Origin: Candidatus Aenigmatarchaeota archaeon
GTDB lineage: Archaea; Aenigmatarchaeota; Aenigmatarchaeia; Aenigmatarchaeales; JACQIB01
Length of the DNA stretch: 18,768 bases
Assembly (NCBI GenBank): GCA_038999215.1
Contig: JAWABM010000014.1
Span: 1 to 18,768, forward strand
Direction: 5' to 3'
Both the position numbers and the translations under genes were made by a program. The notes beneath the pieces were generated by a model. That model was not told where the DNA came from. It ran no database searches and was given only the letters and a program-made list of their open reading frames with translations. Within the stretch, counting starts at the first letter, position 1. The number at the start of each line of letters is the position of its first letter. Of the stretch, positions 5,497 to 13,896 are shown one piece after another.

Positions 5497-6570
5497 ATGA
5501 AGACCTATGGCAACCTTTACGGAAAGGTCTGCTCGTTCGAGAACCTTTTGCTGGCCTTCAGGAAGGCCAGAAAGGGCAAATCGGATAAATGGTATGTCAA
5601 AAGGTTCGAGGCGGACCTTGATAACGAATTATTGCGGTTGAAGCGCGAATTGGAAGAGCAGGCATATGAGCCGCGCCCACTGAAGAGGTTCATAATCAGG
5701 GACCCGAAAACGAGGGTCATACACGCCTCGCATTTCAGGGACCGCGTTGTCCATCATGCGCTCTGCAACGTGCTCGAGCCCATTTTTGACAGGACGTTCA
5801 TTTATGACAGCTACGCCAACAGGAAAGGGAAGGGCGGCCTGGCCGCCCAAGACAGGTTCGACGAATTCAAGCGTAAGGCTTCGCAGAACGGCCGTTTGGT
5901 GCGCGGCGCGAAGGACGACAACATGGTGGTCGGCTATGTCCTGAAGGCCGACATAAGGCATTACTTTCCGAGCGTTAACCATGAAATCCTGACGGGCATT
6001 ATAGGAAGAAAAATAAGGGATGAAAACATTCTTTGGCTGATAGGCAGGATTTTGTCGAACAACGACCCCGCCCTGCCGAAGGGCATGCCCATAGGCAACC
6101 AGACCAGCCAGTTCTTCGCAAACGTCTACCTGAACGAGCTTGACTACTTCGTGAAGCATGTGCTGAAGGCGAGGTTCTATTTGCGGTATGTTGACGACTT
6201 TGTGATATTGGACAGGTCGGAAGCAAAACTCATGCTGTTCAGGAGCGAGATAAACGGATTCCTGAAACACGCCCTGAAGCTGGAACTGCACGAGGAAAAA
6301 TCGCAGGTCTATCCTTTGCACAAGGGAATATCGCTGCTCGGCTTCAGGATGTTCTACCATTACAGGGTTCCTAAAAGAAGGAACCTGCTGAAGCTGGAAA
6401 AGCGGATGTTGAAACTCAAACGTTTGTATGAATCGGGCGAAGTTTCCGCCGAAGAGGTTGCGAAATGCCTTGAAGGTTGGCTGGCATATGCGAAGCAGGG
6501 CGACACTTTCAAATTAAGAAAAACGCTCGTTGAAAAATATGGCAACATGTTCAGTATTACATTTTCTTAA
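5497..6570 (+). CDS. DGR-type reverse transcriptase
   Basis: Motifs DPKTRVI..SHFRDRVVHHAL, DSYANRKGKG, KADIRHYFPSVNH, GMPIGNQTSQFFANVYLNELD and RYVDDF. About 357 aa with no maturase or endonuclease domain. Adjacent to a TR/VR pair. Confidence 0.95.
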   Translation: MKTYGNLYGKVCSFENLLLAFRKARKGKSDKWYVKRFEADLDNELLRLKRELEEQAYEPRPLKRFIIRDPKTRVIHASHFRDRVVHHALCNVLEPIFDRTFIYDSYANRKGKGGLAAQDRFDEFKRKASQNGRLVRGAKDDNMVVGYVLKADIRHYFPSVNHEILTGIIGRKIRDENILWLIGRILSNNDPALPKGMPIGNQTSQFFANVYLNELDYFVKHVLKARFYLRYVDDFVILDRSEAKLMLFRSEINGFLKHALKLELHEEKSQVYPLHKGISLLGFRMFYHYRVPKRRNLLKLEKRMLKLKRLYESGEVSAEEVAKCLEGWLAYAKQGDTFKLRKTLVEKYGNMFSITFS

Positions 6571-6594
6571 CTCCTTGTGGAATTAATCCTCTGG

Positions 6595-6613
6595 AAGGCG
6601 CAGTTAGCGCCTT
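6595..6613 (+). terminator. GC hairpin after the RT gene (possible terminator)
   Basis: AAGGCGC-AGTTA-GCGCCTT, 25 nt after the RT stop. Confidence 0.35.
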
Positions 6614-6858
6614 TCTAATAAGTGGTTGACGGCTAACTCAACTAACACCTGTCAATGTGCTCTCTTGGCTCAGAAACGCTGCTTGTGCCATATTCCAACT
6701 CGACGGGCATTAAAACCGCCCGCTTTCCGGTTTCATCCTGCGGGAGCCCGTCATTCAAGGGCATGAAAATCGGGAGGAGTTAGAATTGGGGGCTAACTCG
6801 GCCGGGAACGACGGCTAACTCGACCACCTTATTTCGAGCGGACCTCCCGCACCAGTTC

Positions 6859-7977
6859 TCACGCGCCCATCGCGCCGTAAGCAAGGCCCGCGGCGGTCGA
6901 GTAAAGGATGACCAGCAGAACATAGACGGCCGTCTTTTTCGTGCCCAGTATTTTTCTTATGACCAGCATGTTCGGCAGGCTCAGGCTTGGCCCTGCTAGG
7001 AGCAGCGCCAACGCAGGCCCGCCTGCCATGCCCTTCAACATCAGTGCCTGCACTATCGGTATCTCGGTCAGCGTGGAAAAGTACATGAATGCCCCGAACA
7101 CCGAGGCTATGAGGTTGCCTGCCACGTCGTTGCGTCCGACCGTGCTCTCTATCAGCGCCTGCGGGAGAAGCGGCATAATGAAGCCGGCTATGAAGACCCC
7201 GATGAATAGCAGCGGCAGCAGGACCTTTGCGAAGCTCCATGTCTCCCCGAGCCAGGCCTTGGTGGCGTGGTCCCTGAACTTGAACAGCACTGTGCCTATG
7301 ACAACCAGCGTGAACGCGACCATGAGCGAGTATTTGAGGAACATGCCTATCTGCAGCCCGTTCACGACAAGTATGCCCACAAGGGAGGCAAAAAACACGG
7401 CAAGCGCGGCATTTGAAATTTTTGATTCCTCGGTCTCCTGAACGACAATTTTTTCCTTGTCCGGCTTTTCCCTGAAAATCATCTGCATGCTCAGGCCTGC
7501 GATTATCGACAGGACGATTGCGCTGACCGCCCTTGCAAGCCCGAGCCCCGCCCCGAGGACCGAGAACGTGAGGAATATGGCTGCTATGTTTATCGCTGGT
7601 CCCGCGAAAAGCAGCGTCACTGCGGGCCCCAGCCCAGCCCCTCTTTTCCTTATGCCCGCGAACAGCGGCAGTATGGTGCACGAGCACACTGCAAGTATCG
7701 CCCCCGCGACCGATGCCACGCCGTAGGAAACCCATTTGTTCGCCTCATGACCGAGGTATTTCATCACCCTTTCCTTCCGTATGAAAACGGATATAGCGCC
7801 GGCAATGAACAGCGCTGGCACCAGGCAGGTCAGCACGTGCTGCTTCGCGTATTCGCCAAGGAGGCCTATGCCGCTGAGGACGGACGCCTCGAACCATGCG
7901 CTGCCCTGCGGGACAAAATAGAACACGGCAAACACGAGGGCTATCCCGAACAGCAGCATCCGGTCGTTTTTATCCAT
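6859..7977 (-). CDS. DUF318/ArsP-family permease (organoarsenical efflux-like)
   Basis: Multi-TM protein with CLVPALFIAGAI, AVCSCTILPLFAGI, GPAINI and MYFSTLTEIP...LLAGPSLSLP motifs, in an ArsR operon. Confidence 0.82.
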   Translation of the reverse strand: MDKNDRMLLFGIALVFAVFYFVPQGSAWFEASVLSGIGLLGEYAKQHVLTCLVPALFIAGAISVFIRKERVMKYLGHEANKWVSYGVASVAGAILAVCSCTILPLFAGIRKRGAGLGPAVTLLFAGPAINIAAIFLTFSVLGAGLGLARAVSAIVLSIIAGLSMQMIFREKPDKEKIVVQETEESKISNAALAVFFASLVGILVVNGLQIGMFLKYSLMVAFTLVVIGTVLFKFRDHATKAWLGETWSFAKVLLPLLFIGVFIAGFIMPLLPQALIESTVGRNDVAGNLIASVFGAFMYFSTLTEIPIVQALMLKGMAGGPALALLLAGPSLSLPNMLVIRKILGTKKTAVYVLLVILYSTAAGLAYGAMGA

Positions 7978-7978
7978 A

Positions 7979-8689
7979 TTACAGCACCATTACTCCGATA
8001 TAGTATGCTCCTATAATCACGAACATTATTCCGACGATCTTCCTCATCCATGCTTCAAGTGTCTGCACCTTATTCGTAATTACACCAAGCTTATTTACGC
8101 TTTTTACCAAAATTATTGAAAATATTATCACGGGCAGACCTGTTGCAAACGCAAATACGGATGGTATCAACAATCCGTCACCGGCAGCTATTGCAATTGG
8201 TATCATCATGCCAAAGAACAAAACGGCGCTGAACGGACAGAACGCAAGGGCGAAAATGACACCGAGCAAAAATGCCCCGATAAATCCTTTGTTTGCAAGG
8301 CGTTCCTTTAACTTGTTTATTTTTTCACTGCCTTTTATGATATTTAATTTTATTAAATCCAGCATCAGAATTCCGGCAATGATTAGGAACGGCCCTAATA
8401 ATCTTTCCCCGTATCTTTGCAAAAACAATGATATTGTTTGTGTCTGGATTCCGATGTAAACAATAAGCGACGCTAATCCGACATAAGTAAACATCCTTCC
8501 AAGCGTATAGATAAATCCGACCGATATCGTATGCCTGCTGTTATCAATTTTTTTGCTGGTGTATGCTATTGCTGTTATGTTCGTGGCCAAGGGGCACGGG
8601 CTGATAGCTGTCATCAATCCTATGAAAAATGCGGCAACTACGGCTATGTTGCTTGCTCCCATCGCTTCCATGAAGGCCATTATGTCCAT
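7979..8689 (-). CDS. ArsG-like / DsbD_2 (CcdA-type) membrane thiol transporter
   Basis: GLMTAISPCPLATNITAI and ALAFCPFSAVLFFG motifs, about 6 TM helices. Confidence 0.8.
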   Translation of the reverse strand: MDIMAFMEAMGASNIAVVAAFFIGLMTAISPCPLATNITAIAYTSKKIDNSRHTISVGFIYTLGRMFTYVGLASLIVYIGIQTQTISLFLQRYGERLLGPFLIIAGILMLDLIKLNIIKGSEKINKLKERLANKGFIGAFLLGVIFALAFCPFSAVLFFGMMIPIAIAAGDGLLIPSVFAFATGLPVIIFSIILVKSVNKLGVITNKVQTLEAWMRKIVGIMFVIIGAYYIGVMVL

Positions 8690-8692
8690 TTT

Positions 8693-9163
8693 TTACACCT
8701 GCAATTTACTTTCAATTACGCTTTTCAGGTAATTCATGTAGTCCTGTTTGTTGTTGATTTTATACCAGACATTTATGTTCTGTTCGGCGGAAAAGCTGCC
8801 GTCCTTATGGTAGCTGCCTATCCACAATGAAGCGCCCGTTACGCCGTATTTATTCACGAGTTCATAATTTTCTGAGAGCTCCCCGTTGACATGCCGAAAG
8901 CTTATTTTTCCTGATTTTAGCTCATCTTTAAAGTATGTATTAACGGTCTCTTCGGCGTAGTCCCCGACCGTTATGCAGGCATAGCATTGATGAGTCCCGT
9001 GAAAATGAATGACTTCCAGTTTTTCAATTTCATCATGCTGCCCTGCGGCAGCAGACCCGGAAACCGAACCGCTTTCGTTTTTTGTGCACCCGGACACCAG
9101 CAGCACTGAAAACAGCAGTGCAAAAATCACGGTTTTTTGTCCGATTCTCATTCTCAAAGCCAC
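8693..9163 (-). CDS. ArsF-like exported thioredoxin-fold lipoprotein (start may be ATG 9151)
   Basis: Signal peptide with lipobox-like LVSGC, then IHFHGTHQCYACITV (CxxC). Directly upstream of the ArsG-like gene. Confidence 0.75.
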   Translation of the reverse strand: MALRMRIGQKTVIFALLFSVLLVSGCTKNESGSVSGSAAAGQHDEIEKLEVIHFHGTHQCYACITVGDYAEETVNTYFKDELKSGKISFRHVNGELSENYELVNKYGVTGASLWIGSYHKDGSFSAEQNINVWYKINNKQDYMNYLKSVIESKLQV

Positions 9164-9381
9164 GTCCTTATCTCTTCCGCGTCGGGAACCCTGCCGTACG
9201 CCTTCACTTTCCCGTCGATGACTATCGCGGGCGTGGCCATTATTCCGCGGTTCACTATCTCGGTTATGTCCGTGACCTTGACTATTTCGGCCTTTTTGCC
9301 TGCAGCTTCCATGGCCTTCCTTGCGTTCGCCTCAAGCTGCCTGCACTTCGGGCAGCCTGAACCCAGAATTTCTATTTTCAT
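9154..9381 (-). CDS. small redox-active disulfide protein (MTH895/ArsE-like thioredoxin family)
   Basis: MKIEILGSGCPKC...GIMATPAIVIDGKVKAYGRVP. Confidence 0.9.
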   Translation of the reverse strand: MKIEILGSGCPKCRQLEANARKAMEAAGKKAEIVKVTDITEIVNRGIMATPAIVIDGKVKAYGRVPDAEEIRTWL

Positions 9382-9390
9382 TTTATCGCC

Positions 9391-10512
9391 TCACACCATT
9401 CCGAGGGCCACTATCGCGCCCAGCGCTATCATCACTATTCCCGTGATGAGGTGCAGCAGCCTGATGTTTTTCTCCTTCCATTCGGTCATCTTTTCCGTGC
9501 TTGACAGGCCGAAATACATGAGCAGCGTTATCGCGAGCAGCGGCACCACGAAGAACACGTTGTAAAGCAGGAGTATGGGGACCGCCGCCATTGCGGTCGC
9601 CCTTTCGGCGAGCAGCCCGAGAATGAAGATGTACGGCCCGCCAGTGCAGGGCAGCTCGAAAAGGCAAACCACGAAGCCCATCAGGAAAGCGCCGAGCGGC
9701 GACGTCACTTTTCCGAGCATTCCCTTCAATGCCGGCCTCCAGCTGCGCGGTATCTCCATCACGAACCCGCCACCCCCGTACCAGAAGTAATCCTTGATGT
9801 TGGCCAATCCGATGACAATTGCCAGCACGCCTATGAACCTGTAAAACAGATAGGAAAGGCCCGACACCTGCAGCGCGGAAAGCAGGCCCATGCCGAAAAG
9901 GAAGTAGCTTATGTATATCGAGGCTGTGAACGCCAGCCCTGCTTTGAGTGCCCTTGTCCTGTCGCCTGCCGCCAGCAGCGCGGTCAGGAGTATGAGGAGA
10001 ACGGCTATTGCGCACGGATTTATGGAGTCGACGAGCGCCGCCCCTATCACCGTGATTATGGAAAGCGAGCCGAGCGCCTCCATCGGGGAGGCAGCGCCTG
10101 AAGTTCCTGTTGCCTCGATGCCGTTCGGCGCAGGGCACGCCGCGCCGCGGTTTTTCATTATCGCGTCTTCAAGGCCCGCTATTATGGGCGTGTCGCCGAC
10201 CATGTATCGGTCCGAAATGAAGGCCGCAGGAACGCCCCTTTCATCGTTAGGAACGCCGTAGGCGCCGAAATACTCGTTCAGTAGTACGGCATTCGTCCTG
10301 TTCCTGTATATTTCGAACCTGTGTATTTCGACGCCTTCGTACGCCGATTCCACATTGTCGATGAACGGCTCCACCCTTGCGCAGTGCGGGCAGCCATCCC
10401 CGTAAAAGAAATAAACGCACGTCGCGCCTGGCGCTTCCTGCGCTTGCGCCGCGCCCGGGACAACCGCCAGGAAAAGCGGAACCAGCAGAATCAGGAAAAG
10501 CTTCGCCTTCAT
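9391..10512 (-). CDS. glutaredoxin/thioredoxin domain fused to a CcdA/DsbD-type membrane domain
   Basis: Signal peptide from MKAKLF (ATG 10512, overlapping the arsR stop), FFYGDGCPHC, and membrane domain with DSINPCA and ELPCTGGPY. Confidence 0.85.
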   Translation of the reverse strand: MKAKLFLILLVPLFLAVVPGAAQAQEAPGATCVYFFYGDGCPHCARVEPFIDNVESAYEGVEIHRFEIYRNRTNAVLLNEYFGAYGVPNDERGVPAAFISDRYMVGDTPIIAGLEDAIMKNRGAACPAPNGIEATGTSGAASPMEALGSLSIITVIGAALVDSINPCAIAVLLILLTALLAAGDRTRALKAGLAFTASIYISYFLFGMGLLSALQVSGLSYLFYRFIGVLAIVIGLANIKDYFWYGGGGFVMEIPRSWRPALKGMLGKVTSPLGAFLMGFVVCLFELPCTGGPYIFILGLLAERATAMAAVPILLLYNVFFVVPLLAITLLMYFGLSSTEKMTEWKEKNIRLLHLITGIVMIALGAIVALGMV

Positions 10513-10811
10513 TTCCTTCCCCCCATGCAGCACGACCTTTTCAGTATTTTGCCTTTAGGGTTGCCAAGCGCCTTGAACATATCGCACACGCGGCGGTCGG
10601 CTATGCTGTAAAACACCTTCTTGCCCTCCCTGCGCGGTTTCACGATTCCCGCCTTTTCGAGCAGGGAAAGCTGTACGGAGACCGTTGACTGCGTCCTTCC
10701 GACATGCGGAAATATCTCGCAAACGCATTTTTCCCCGCCAAGCAGGAATTCCAGCATTTTCATCCTCGTCTCGTCAGCCATGGCCTTCAGGAAAACGATG
10801 CCGTTCTTCAT
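10509..10811 (-). CDS. arsR: ArsR/SmtB-family transcriptional repressor
   Basis: KAMADETR...EKCVCEI...TQSTVSVQLSLLEKAGIV...REGKKVFYSI helix-turn-helix. Start at ATG 10811, just downstream of the TATA box and operator. Confidence 0.88.
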   Translation of the reverse strand: MKNGIVFLKAMADETRMKMLEFLLGGEKCVCEIFPHVGRTQSTVSVQLSLLEKAGIVKPRREGKKVFYSIADRRVCDMFKALGNPKGKILKRSCCMGGRK

Positions 10812-10842
10812 CAAAACATATTGATGAATATCAATATTTAAA
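10810..10842 (-). promoter_or_regulatory. ArsR operator and TATA box
   Basis: ATCAA-AACATA-TTGAT (10810-10825) overlaps ATATTGAT-GAAT-ATCAATAT (10818-10837). TTTAAATA on the minus strand at 10835-10842. Confidence 0.75.
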
Positions 10843-10963
10843 GCTTGCCTAACGATTGCCTTGCCATACGCATGCGATAGCAATATATTCAACCTCGCAC
10901 AATAATGTAAAAGAGACGGTCAAAATCAAGGGAAATCTTCTCTGATTGAACGGGATGGCCCTG

Positions 10964-10974
10964 CGGGGGCACCA
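10964..10974 (+). repeat. putative attR: copy of the last 11 nt of tRNA-Glu
   Basis: CGGGGGCACCA is identical to 2917-2927. Confidence 0.7.
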
Positions 10975-11078
10975 CAAAACCATTTTTAGCAAAAAGGTTT
11001 TTACCGAAAAAATGGGAAACTACGCAAAAGAAAGCAAACAAAGGCACCTTTTTAAACAGACCTGCCGAATAGTTCTGA

Positions 11079-13010
11079 ATGAAATATGCGCTCCTGGCCG
11101 CGGTTCTTGCGGTAGTTCTAATATGCGGCTGCACAGGCCAGGGCGGGCAAGCAGTCTCGCCGATAACCTATACGGACGCAGACGGGAAAAGCCTGACAAC
11201 CGAGGGCTACCCAGGATATGTATATCTCTTTTCAGACCTAGGCGCTGACAGGACGGCTGTCGAGAATGCGATAAAGGCGGCGGGAGGAACGATAACGGAC
11301 TCGGTTCCGGACGCAGGAATGTACCTGGTGAAGGTCAATGCGGGGCAGGAAAGCACGTTCCTTTCAGCCATGTACGGGAAGGACTGGTTCCTTGACGGTT
11401 CGCCGGCTTTCGCGATCGGCCAGGACGACGTCCTGCTTTACGACATATACAGCGGCTCCGGCACAGGCGATTCCTGCTACGCACAGCATGGAGCATTCAC
11501 TGAAATACTGGCTGGAAAGTTGGGCGCCCCGACATCGCATGTGGACTTCGGGGCAATGAGCGGCTTCCCTGAACTTATAAGGGATGCGATGGGCAAGGCA
11601 GACGCAGCAGCCGCCGCAGGCGAAACAAAGGTAATAAGCATCTCGCTGGGGCCGGGAACGACTGGAACGATAACAGACGAGGACAGGGCGAGCGGGTGCC
11701 TGAGTGACGTATGCAGGATGGTCAAGAGCGAGAGAAGGGTGTTCTGGAGGATGTTCTACCAGGCGCTGGAGGCGAAGTTCAGGAGCAACCCCGACGCAGC
11801 GAACAGCATCATGTTCGTCATGAGCGCGGGAAATCTGGGCGCACCGCTTGACTCGGAGATGAAGTACCTGAAGACATTCTACCCGAACGCCTACAAGAGG
11901 ATAAAGATAGTCGGGGCCACGGACGAGGGCGGAAACGTGTACCGCGGCTTCAACCACGTGAGGGACAACTCGGAGGGGCTGATGGCTTACGCACAGGGAA
12001 TAAACGTCCCGATAACGACGCCGGACGGCACTACAACGTACTGCCACGGCACGTCCTTTGCCACGCCGCAGGTGGCGGCCGTGCTGGAATACATCTGGGC
12101 CATGAACCCGGACCTGACCTCGGACCAAGTGATGGATGCTTTCAACAAGGCTCTAGAACAGCAGAGCAACGGCGGCATACTGCCTGTCGACGAAAACGGC
12201 GAGGTCACCCAGGAGTTCCTTGACGCTGCAGCCAGCGGAAAAACCGGCGGCAGCGATATCTTCTTCACAGCCCCGTCGACGCTGACAGCGACCGTGAACA
12301 AGGAGTTCGGATTCCAGCTGTGCACACCGGCGTCAGCAGCGTCAGCAGCGACATGCGGCGGTCTCACGCCGTCGACGAACCCGGCCGGAGGAAAGCCGCC
12401 CTATTCGTTCCATGTCGGGATGAGCGGGGGGTTCCCACCGACAGGGATATCGCTCAACCTCAACGGGCTGCTGCACGGGACGCCGACCATCACCGGAACG
12501 TACACCTTCCCGGTCTGCGCAAGGGACGGGTTCGGGAACGAGAACTGCGATGACGTCACAATAGACGTGCGGCCTGAAGAGCCCGCAGAGCCAACCGAGG
12601 CGACCTACAGGGGCGGTTTCAGCCTGAGCGGGACCTATGGAAGGCCGTTCCCGGAGTACGGAACGACCTGCATGTTCGACGACACGTTCTCCGGGACAAT
12701 CACGCTCACCATCACTGACGGCAGCGGAACCGCGGAAGTGGCAGGAACCTTCACATCAAACGCGGTCTCCGGCAGCGTGCCGGGCTTCGACTGCCTCAGC
12801 AGCAGCTCCGACATGGGAGACATAACTTCGGTTTCCATATCCGGCAGCAGCGTCGAGTTCACGACGCACTTCTACACGGCCGGCGGAAGCGACTACGCGG
12901 GACACTTCTCAGGCACGCTGAGCGGTGACACGATAACAGGCACTTTCATCGAAACGTCAACCTGCTGCTCGGGCAGCGCGTCAACCAGCGTGACGCTCGC
13001 CAGGCAATAG
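11079..13010 (+). CDS. secreted or lipid-anchored subtilisin-like (S8) protease with putative Ig domain
   Basis: Hydrophobic signal ending LICGC. Candidate Asp (LLYD), His (QHG), oxyanion Asn (SAGN) and Ser (HGTSFATPQVA). GGKPPYSF...PTGISL..NGLLHGTPTITGTYTF resembles a He_PIG Ig domain. Confidence 0.8.
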   Translation: MKYALLAAVLAVVLICGCTGQGGQAVSPITYTDADGKSLTTEGYPGYVYLFSDLGADRTAVENAIKAAGGTITDSVPDAGMYLVKVNAGQESTFLSAMYGKDWFLDGSPAFAIGQDDVLLYDIYSGSGTGDSCYAQHGAFTEILAGKLGAPTSHVDFGAMSGFPELIRDAMGKADAAAAAGETKVISISLGPGTTGTITDEDRASGCLSDVCRMVKSERRVFWRMFYQALEAKFRSNPDAANSIMFVMSAGNLGAPLDSEMKYLKTFYPNAYKRIKIVGATDEGGNVYRGFNHVRDNSEGLMAYAQGINVPITTPDGTTTYCHGTSFATPQVAAVLEYIWAMNPDLTSDQVMDAFNKALEQQSNGGILPVDENGEVTQEFLDAAASGKTGGSDIFFTAPSTLTATVNKEFGFQLCTPASAASAATCGGLTPSTNPAGGKPPYSFHVGMSGGFPPTGISLNLNGLLHGTPTITGTYTFPVCARDGFGNENCDDVTIDVRPEEPAEPTEATYRGGFSLSGTYGRPFPEYGTTCMFDDTFSGTITLTITDGSGTAEVAGTFTSNAVSGSVPGFDCLSSSSDMGDITSVSISGSSVEFTTHFYTAGGSDYAGHFSGTLSGDTITGTFIETSTCCSGSASTSVTLARQ

Positions 13011-13171
13011 AAGCGTTACGCTGCCGGCGATACAGAGCAACGTACAGGAGCTCGGCCTAACCTTCTTAAAACAGCAGCAGCAGGCGAAATGGCGCATTTT
13101 ACAGAACCTTTAAGAACTGCCAGCCACAGCTATTTTTAGGGGGTTTACGAACCCGAATGAGGTGAATTTGA

Positions 13172-13348
13172 ATGGCAAAGAAATCAATGGCTGTAAAGAG
13201 CGCGGTCAAGAGCTCGCTCCCGAAGGGACTGCGAGTTTCGGGCGACTTCTTCGCGGCGCTTGACACCGTGATAGCGCACAAAATCGAGATGGCCGTCAAG
13301 AGGGCGAAGGCGAACGGAAGGAAGACGCTCAGACCGGCGGACCTGTAG
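13172..13348 (+). CDS. small archaeal histone-fold protein (58 aa)
   Basis: Manual translation MAKKSMAVKSAVKSSLPKGLRVSGDFFAALDTVIAHKIEMAVKRAKANGRKTLRPADL with RVS and RKTxxxxD histone motifs. GAGGTGA RBS at 13159-13165. Below the ORF-track length cutoff. Confidence 0.9.
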   Translation: MAKKSMAVKSAVKSSLPKGLRVSGDFFAALDTVIAHKIEMAVKRAKANGRKTLRPADL

Positions 13349-13417
13349 GATTTTTCAAATGGGGCCCTTTGCCCCATCATTTTATTATTTAAACTCTCCA
13401 CCCTCTTTTCTATCTGG

Positions 13418-13539
13418 GCGGGAGTGGCCAAGCCTGGTCCAAGGCGCAGGACTCAAGCCATGCTTGAGTTTCGAGCGAAAGCTGTGAGAGATCCTGTGGG
13501 TTAGTCCCATCGCAGGTTCGAATCCTGCCTCCCGCACCA
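13418..13539 (+). tRNA. tRNA-Leu(CAA) with 33-nt intron (13458-13490) at 37/38
   Basis: Acceptor GCGGGAG/CTCCCGC plus ACCA, anticodon stem CAGGA/TCCTG. BHB helix CTCA/TGAG with bulges AG|C and AG|A. Variable arm TGGG-TTAGT-CCCA, T-loop TTCGAAT. Confidence 0.94.
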
Positions 13540-13569
13540 TTTTAATCCTTTCGTTTTCTACCATTTCTC

Positions 13570-13857
13570 ATGGACATAGACGAGATATTCGAGACGTTCG
13601 GCGTGGAAACGGAAAGGGCGATAGTGATAGACAGGGTCTACGTCCCGAACAGCGTTACGATATCGGAGCTTACAAACTACAGCCGCAGAAAGGGAAAAGC
13701 CATTAACATGGTAAGGAGGGGGCTCTATATTTCTATAATAAACAGCGTGGGTTGGATGAAAAAGGAGCACCGCCATCTGAGCAAAGAGAGCAAAAAGCTG
13801 ATTTACGACGCGCTCAGCAAGGCGGACATAAAGAACGCAGGGTATTCCGGACAGTAA
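13570..13857 (+). CDS. hypothetical protein (95 aa)
   Basis: Fills the gap between tRNA-Leu and the permease with host-like codon usage. No recognised motif. Confidence 0.6.
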   Translation: MDIDEIFETFGVETERAIVIDRVYVPNSVTISELTNYSRRKGKAINMVRRGLYISIINSVGWMKKEHRHLSKESKKLIYDALSKADIKNAGYSGQ

Positions 13858-13896
13858 GCAGGCGATTACTTTTATTAGCAGGACGAAAATATTCTT

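Larger units (their letters stand above)
2917..10974. mobile_element. integrase-encoding genomic island inserted at the tRNA-Glu 3' end (integrase + DGR + ars/redox operon)
   Basis: Tyrosine recombinase directly downstream of the tRNA. Exact direct repeat CGGGGGCACCA at 2917-2927 and 10964-10974. Accessory cargo lies between the repeats. Confidence 0.72.

Noticed and set aside
5210..5497. 95-aa ORF upstream of the RT as an Avd accessory protein
   Set aside because: It is the translation of the TR and its leader (SVRSNWNSD, NANRPSNR, NDNGVAA) and has no Avd-like helical character. TRs are often stop-free.
5497..6570. RT as a group II intron, retron or CRISPR-associated RT
   Set aside because: No maturase/endonuclease domain, domain V, or cas genes are seen. 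The adenine-specific TR/VR pair identifies a DGR.
13099..13431. 110-aa minus-strand ORF
   Set aside because: Antisense shadow of the histone gene, and it overlaps tRNA-Leu.
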